This document shows, piece by piece, positions 8,035 to 13,709 of a DNA stretch of 13,709 bases. The notes beneath the pieces are model-generated. The model did no database searches and was not told the DNA's origin. It was given only the letters and a program-made list of their open reading frames with translations. The first letter of the stretch is position 1, and every line of letters begins with the position of its first letter. The position numbers and the translations under genes are program-made. The stretch covers positions 1 through 13,709 of the forward strand of contig NW_021826062.1 of the NCBI RefSeq assembly GCF_006345805.1, given 5' to 3'. This DNA comes from Octopus sinensis. Lineage: Eukaryota.

Positions 8035-8483
8035 ATGAAGAACGAAGAAGCTAGAAACGAAGACCCGTGTCAACTCACTCACTCTACCAGCGCATGTGCT
8101 ACCTGCTCCCGAAAGAACTCTCGGAACTGGGTATATTCTGCTCCTCTTGTGGGGTCTACCATCATATTGGCTGCGCGAAGCTAAGGAAGAAGGCTGTCAA
8201 GGGCCTTCGTAATTGGCTTTGCCCACCTTGCTTACGCATGTTCACCTTTTCTGAACCCCGAGCAAAACGCTCTGATGTATTTTCAATCACAGACGGAGAT
8301 TCAATTATTCTGCTGCTCTCTTCTATTTGAAAATCCAGAAGGATCCCTTTAAAGATCCCCAAGTCAGCCAGAGTTTCTGCTGCCTCGTGCCTCAACAGTC
8401 TTGTTGAAAGGGCACTCCAGTCACGTGACACAGAATCATGGATCCGCCTTTTCTGTTTTGCACCTCTTGGACTTGGAACTTCT
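8035..8483 (+). pseudogene. N-terminal PHD finger and linker of the retrotransposon ORF (1-nt frameshift near 8126, in-frame TGA at 8328..8330)
   Basis: ATG at 8035: ...CATC...; then GIFCSSC...HIGC...WLCPPC (C4HC3). After the TGA the frame continues KSRRIPLKIPKSARVSAASCL directly into ORF 8484..10985. Confidence 0.75.
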
Positions 8484-10985
8484 GTGCACTCTTCAGAAAA
8501 CCGCAAGTCTTTGGCTTCTGAAATTAAAACGCATCTAAAATCCCTCCCTGAACGCCCTATTGAGGAACTAATTGATCAGCCTGGGCGGCACGAATTTCAT
8601 CGGCCACGCTTGGGAGATGAGAGGGAGTGGATCAGAGGAGAAGTTTCTCGTAAATTCATGGTGGGGGACCTGCGGGGAGCACTTCGTGTTATTTCCAACG
8701 ACGGCAAAATTTTGCCGACGACACCTGAGATCTTGGATCTACTCAAATGCAAGCACCCGTCGGCCCCGACGAATGTGCGGCCGTTCCATTTTATAAATTC
8801 CACACTGGATGCGAAAACACTTACGGAGGAGATACTCGCATGCATTTCCTCTTTCAATGGGGGCAGCAGTGGCGGAATCGATGGCCTGCGTCCAAGCCAC
8901 CTGAAGGATCTGGTTTCGGCCTCAGCGCACGAGGCTGGCCGGTCTCTGGCCGGCTCGCTTACAGCTCTGGTCCAGCGCATTATCGAAGGGGACATTCCCG
9001 TGATCGCTAGGGAGCTCCTTTTTTCTGCCCATCTTCTTGCTTTCGGCAAAAAAGACGGTGGGATACGCCCAATTGCTATTGGCAACGTTTTTAGAAGACT
9101 TGCTGCTAAAGTCGCTTCACGAAGGGCATCACAGAGACTCAGCTGCGAACTTTCGCCACTTCAGCTGGGTGTGGGAATCCCAAATGGCTGCGAAGCTGCA
9201 GTGCATGCAACCAGAGAATTCTTCTCACAAAAAGGGAACTCAAATGGTCCCGGAGTTCTAGCTATAAAACTGGACATTAAGAATGCATTCAACAGCCTGA
9301 GGAGAGATGTGATTCTCGAAACCTGCTTAGAAAGGGCTCCTGATATTATCGGCTTGGTTCACTTGGCATATGGGTCAGACAGCTCTCTTCTTTTTGGAGA
9401 TGAAATTATTAAATCGTGCACAGGAGTTCAGCAGGGCGACCCTATCGGTCCACTGCTGTTCGCCCTCGGCATTGACTCTGCCGTACGGAAAGTCGATTCT
9501 TTTTTCAACCTGTGGTACCTCGATGATGCAACCATCGGGGGCCCCTCTGATACTGTGATTCAGGATATTTTCAACATAATTCCCACCCTCCGTGAAATTG
9601 GACTGGAAGTAAACGTCAGCAAGTGCGAGCTTATAAATATCTCTTGCTCGCACGAAGAATTCGGTTCCGCACTAAACAAGCTGCAACTTCGCCTGCCGGG
9701 GCTGACAACCACACCCATTGATGATGTTCTATTCCTCGGCGCGCCCATGGGCCAAATCCAACTTAAGAAGTCGCTATCTGAGAAAGCCAAATGGGTCACT
9801 GATTTCACAAATAAGCTCATGTTGCTTGATTCTCACTACGGATTTTTCGTGCTCAGAGCAAACCTCATGTTGCCAAGGCTTCTATATTTGCTGCCAACTT
9901 CAAACTGCTCAATACAATCCGACATGCTTCAATCGCTCGATACTTCTCTGAAGTTGGCCGCTGAAAAAATCCTAAACATATCCTTTGATGACGCTGGTTG
10001 GACTTGCTGCAAATTACCTCTACGCCTTGGCGGAGTTGGACTCCGTTCACCTCTGGACATGGCTCTTCCTGCATTCCTCTCCTCACGTGCGAGCTCCCAA
10101 GCCCTCATCACCCAAATCCTACGTAACTCTCGCGGATTGGAAGAGGACCGGGTTTTCTCTGGAGCTTGCGAATTCTGGAAGGGATCTGGATTGGCCATTC
10201 CATCTAACATTTCACGCCAATGGGATTGGGATGATATCTCCAGCAAAGCTAAAATGGAAGCAATCAGACCTACACTGGATCAGCATCGCCTCGCTTGTTT
10301 CGGTGCCGCTGCCAGACCTGAAAGTGGGGCGTGGCTTAATGCCCTCCCTTGCTCCCAATCTGGAACCCTTCTCGATAATGACTGTGTGAGGATTGGCGTA
10401 GCAATGCGCTTGGGACTTAATGTCTGTTCGGGGGGCCGATGCCGATGTGGGAGTAAAGTCGATACCAAAGGACTACATCCCCTGTCATGCAGAAGGAGTG
10501 CTGGCCGTGCTCCCAGACACTCTGCTATCAACGAGACTATTTCGGCTGCGTTACAAGCAGCTGGATTCCCGACAGAACTGGAACCCGTTGGGCTTGACCG
10601 TGGAGACGGTAAACGCCCAGATGGAGTCACCATTTTCCCGTGGAGTAATGGGAAATGCCTCGCGTGGGACTCCACGTGCACAGACACCTTCTCAAAGACC
10701 AATATAGTTGACTCCGCGATCAGTCCAGGCTCAGCCGCTGAGAAGGCTGAGATACATAAAGCTCAGAAATATTCCAACCTGCTGGACAACTTTATCTTCT
10801 CCCCAATATCTGTAGAAACCTCCGGGGCCATGAGCCAAAAATCGTTTGAACTCGTCGTGAGGGTCGGGAATCTGATCTCGAGAAGACGGAGAGAGCCTCG
10901 GGAGAAGCAATGGTTGTTCCAAAGAATATCCATTGCGATCCTGAGGGGCAACGTCTTCTCGATCATCAGCAGCTTAAGATTATGA
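8484..10985 (+). CDS. Reverse transcriptase plus restriction-like endonuclease
   Basis: SSGGIDGLRP, KKDGGIRPIAIG, KLDIKNAFNS, GVQQGDPIGP and WYLDD (9513..9527). C-terminal CRC...HPLSC knuckle, RH, KRPDG (10611..10625), WDSTC and KAQKY. Confidence 0.95.
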   Translation: MHSSENRKSLASEIKTHLKSLPERPIEELIDQPGRHEFHRPRLGDEREWIRGEVSRKFMVGDLRGALRVISNDGKILPTTPEILDLLKCKHPSAPTNVRPFHFINSTLDAKTLTEEILACISSFNGGSSGGIDGLRPSHLKDLVSASAHEAGRSLAGSLTALVQRIIEGDIPVIARELLFSAHLLAFGKKDGGIRPIAIGNVFRRLAAKVASRRASQRLSCELSPLQLGVGIPNGCEAAVHATREFFSQKGNSNGPGVLAIKLDIKNAFNSLRRDVILETCLERAPDIIGLVHLAYGSDSSLLFGDEIIKSCTGVQQGDPIGPLLFALGIDSAVRKVDSFFNLWYLDDATIGGPSDTVIQDIFNIIPTLREIGLEVNVSKCELINISCSHEEFGSALNKLQLRLPGLTTTPIDDVLFLGAPMGQIQLKKSLSEKAKWVTDFTNKLMLLDSHYGFFVLRANLMLPRLLYLLPTSNCSIQSDMLQSLDTSLKLAAEKILNISFDDAGWTCCKLPLRLGGVGLRSPLDMALPAFLSSRASSQALITQILRNSRGLEEDRVFSGACEFWKGSGLAIPSNISRQWDWDDISSKAKMEAIRPTLDQHRLACFGAAARPESGAWLNALPCSQSGTLLDNDCVRIGVAMRLGLNVCSGGRCRCGSKVDTKGLHPLSCRRSAGRAPRHSAINETISAALQAAGFPTELEPVGLDRGDGKRPDGVTIFPWSNGKCLAWDSTCTDTFSKTNIVDSAISPGSAAEKAEIHKAQKYSNLLDNFIFSPISVETSGAMSQKSFELVVRVGNLISRRRREPREKQWLFQRISIAILRGNVFSIISSLRL

Positions 10986-11027
10986 TGATCATTTTCGCTC
11001 TTTGATTTTAATAAGATTCTATTTTTG

Positions 11028-11040
11028 AAAAAAAAAAAAA
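11028..11040 (+). other. Poly-A tail (A13) of the retrotransposon
   Basis: Starts 42 nt after the stop codon; AATAAG at 11010..11015 may be a variant polyadenylation signal. Confidence 0.85.
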
Positions 11041-11982
11041 GTTTTTTTGTTATTTTCTTTTTTTATTTTTAAAAATTTTATTTTATTTTTTATTTTTTTT
11101 TTATTGTGTTTTTATTTTATTTTTTTTATTTAAATTTTTTTTTATTTTTTAAATTTTTTTCTTTTTTTGTGTTTTTATTTTCTTTTTTTATTTTTTAACT
11201 TTTTTTTTTATTTTTTATTTTTTTGTTTTTATTTTCTTATTTTTTGTTTTTTTTGGGTTTTATTTTCTTTTTTTATTTTTTAAATTTTTTATTTTATGTT
11301 TTAATTTTTTTTTCTTTTTTTATTTTTTAACTTTTTTTGATTTTTTTGATTTTTTTTGTTTTTTATTTTCTTATTTTTTGCTTTTTTGTGTTTTTATTTT
11401 CTTTTTTTATTTTTAAATTTTTTCTTCTTTTTTTGTGTTTTATTTTTCCTTTTTTTATTTTTCGATTTTTTGTTTTTTATTTTCTTTTTTTGTCTTTTGC
11501 GGTGTTTTATTTTATTTTTTTTTGATTTTTTAACTTTTTTTTGATTTTTTAACTTTTTTTTTGATTTTTTTCTTATTTTTTGTTTTTTTATTGTGTTTTT
11601 ATTTTCTTTTTTTATTTTTTAATTTTTTTTATTTTTTGATTTTTAAACTTTTTTTTGAATTTTTTCTTATTTTTTCTTTTTTATTGGTTTTTTTTTCTTT
11701 TTTATTTTTTTTAAATTTTTTTATTTTTTTATTTATTTTTTAAATTTTTTTTTATTTTTTGAATTTTTTTTTATTTTTTTATTTTTTGTTTTTTTTTTAT
11801 TTTTTGTTTTTTATTGTGTTTTTATTTTTTTATTCTTTTTTTGTGTTTTATTTTCTTTTTTTGATTTTTTTGTTTTATTTTCTTTTTTTATTTTTTAGTT
11901 TTTTTTATTTTTTGATTTTTATTGTGTTTTTTTTATTTTTCGATTTTTATTGTGTTTTTATTTTATTTTTTTATTTTTATTG
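11041..11982. repeat. T-rich low-complexity degenerate minisatellite
   Basis: T runs punctuated by A/G/C, with recurring TTGTGTTTTTATTTT, TTTTAAATTTTT and TTTTGATTTTT motifs. Confidence 0.9.
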
Positions 11983-12019
11983 TAGTATAATTAAATGTCA
12001 GTTAATAAATTCAGAGAAG

Positions 12020-13709
12020 AGATTGATTTGAGAAATCAATTGAGGAAGCCCGCTGCCTGTATGGAAAGCGAGTTCCCTCGGAGTATGGCTATTCCGATCC
12101 TTTGTCTTAGCCATACTCCTTCACGAGGATCATTTTTCTTTGTGGCGAGCATTCTTCCGAGTTCGCGCAAGAAATGAGCAAAGCCTGCGCCGAGACGCTG
12201 TCAAGCTGGCAGTGCCCCCCTTGTATTGGAAACGAGGTCCCCAGGCGGGAAACAACAGCCCAGCCAAACTTTACATCACCACATACTGACCACATTCTCT
12301 TGAAGATCTCGAACCTCCGGAAAGCCAGGAAAATCCCAGTAAAAATCCCAAAAGGAGCACGTATTGCCGCAGCAACGTGCCTCTCAGACCTCATTGACAA
12401 CGCACTGTCCTCTGACAGCTGGGAATCCTGGCTAAAACTTATATGCTTCGCACCTGTTGCACTCGGAACACCTACAACGGAATCTGATAACCAGAGTAAA
12501 GAAACAAACCCCCGGCTAAACTTAACCGGAAACTGAAAGGAAGAATATTGAATTACGGCAGTCATAGCATACACGCAATACTGAACAGCCACTTATTGCC
12601 AATGCGGTCAAAACCAGAGGAGCATTCACCAAAGATGCCCCCAACAACTGAAGGAGCGAGTGAATCGGAAACTTCTGGAGGGCGATGTGCGGGCAGCCTA
12701 CGGGTTATCACGTCCGATGACACCGTGCTGTCTAGCACCCCCGAGGTCCTGAATACCTTAATTCAGAAACACCCAAGTGCACCGAGTGATTATGTAAAGT
12801 TCTCGAATCCTGAAGGAACCCAAGAGATTATGATTACCGAATCAGAAGTGCGGCGCGGAATCGCTTCCTTTGCCGCTAGCAGCAGCGGAGGCTTGGATGG
12901 GTTACGCCCCGGCCATATCAAGGACCTAACGTCCACCTACACCTCGGAAGCAGGACGCTGTCTTGTTAAATCGATCACGGACCTAATAAGGAAAATGGTG
13001 AATGGCGACATCCCGGAGTATGCCAGAGAATTGCTCTTCTCCGCAAGGCTACTCGCGTTCAAAAAAACCAACGGAGGAATCCGCCCCATTGCGGTCGGAA
13101 ACTATTTCAGAAGACTCGCAGCGAAGATTGCTTCGACCCTCGTGAGCCGCCCACTCGGTGCGGAGTTCTTCCCAGAACAAATGGGTGTTAGTATCCAGAA
13201 CGGATGTATGTGAGCAGCGGTTCATGCGGCAAGGCGTTTCTTCACACAGAAGAATACTGCAAACGAATGCATTGGAATCAAATTGGACATAACCAATGCA
13301 TTCATTTCTCTCAGAAGAGACTCCATTATGGAAACGTGTTGGAAGAGGGCTCCCATGCTTTTCCCTCTTGTTAAATTGTCATACGGAGAAGATACGTCTC
13401 TGGTTTTTGATGATGAAATCATCAAATCAAAAACTGGTGTCCAGCAGAGAGATCCGCTCGGACCCCTCTTATTTGCTGCCTGACAATTGATGATGTTGTG
13501 AGATCAATTGACGCACAACTAATCTCTGGTACCTCGACGATGCCACAATTGGAGGATCATTCGAGGAAACATACAATTCTTTACGTCAAGCACTTCCCGC
13601 ATTAAAACACTTGGGATTGGACATCAATATTAACAAATCAGAGTTAATAAATGTCTCATACTCAAACACCGACTTTCTCTCTATCAAGGAGTTTTTCAAC
13701 GAACTGCTT
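12020..13709 (+). mobile_element. Second, diverged CRE-like non-LTR retrotransposon; degraded and truncated by the window end
   Basis: WQCPPC (PHD remnant), RKIPVKIPKGARIAAATCL, SSGGLDGLRPGH, KKTNGGIRPIAVG, LDITNAF, GVQQRDPLGP and WYLDD (about 13527..13541). Collinear with the first element but with several stops and frameshifts. Confidence 0.88.
12174..13709 (+). pseudogene. Disrupted PHD-RT ORF of the second retrotransposon
   Basis: Fragments 12174..12536, 12548..13213 and 13283..13483, plus a downstream WYLDDATIGG frame; stop at 13211; QQGD changed to QQRD. Confidence 0.85.

Larger units (their letters stand above)
8000..11040 (+). mobile_element. Non-LTR retrotransposon with restriction-like endonuclease, CRE-like (5' boundary approximate)
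   Basis: Single PHD-RT-RLE frame, short 3' UTR and A13 tail; higher GC than the flanks. Confidence 0.9.

Noticed and set aside
8328-8330. Alternative genetic code (TGA or TAR reassignment) explaining the stops
   Set aside because: Trp is encoded by TGG in conserved motifs, the TGA aligns with Arg in the sister element, and TAG/TGA end the reconstructed genes at plausible C-termini.
8162-10966. Many overlapping and antisense ORFs within the retrotransposon
   Set aside because: Shadow frames of a GC-balanced coding region with no recognisable motifs.
11337-12031. Phe/Leu-rich membrane-like ORFs
   Set aside because: Artefacts of the T-rich tract: TTG starts and composition dictated by T runs.

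Overview
Eukaryotic transposon cluster with no recognisable host genes. In order: (1) a minus-strand Helitron whose Rep/helicase gene (94..6063) carries a Gly-rich N-terminus, 14 tandem 23-aa STPR-like repeats, an HUH/Y2 Rep domain and a Pif1-family helicase, broken by many small indels; (2) a 1.6-kb TIR-bounded (TGT...ACA) Ginger2/TDD-like DNA transposon (6358..7956) with an H2C2-DD35E integrase; (3) a near-intact CRE-like non-LTR retrotransposon (PHD-RT-RLE, poly-A at 11028..11040); (4) a ~940-bp T-rich tract; (5) a second, diverged and degraded related retrotransposon running off the window end. The most notable signal is that three ORF breaks in the two unrelated DNA transposons are resolved exactly by ultra-short GT...TAG introns of 25, 24 and 22 nt. 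This suggests transposons adapted to a host with miniature spliceosomal introns. Most other frameshifts are 1-nt losses in homopolymers and may be sequencing errors. All calls come from manual reading; no database searches were run.
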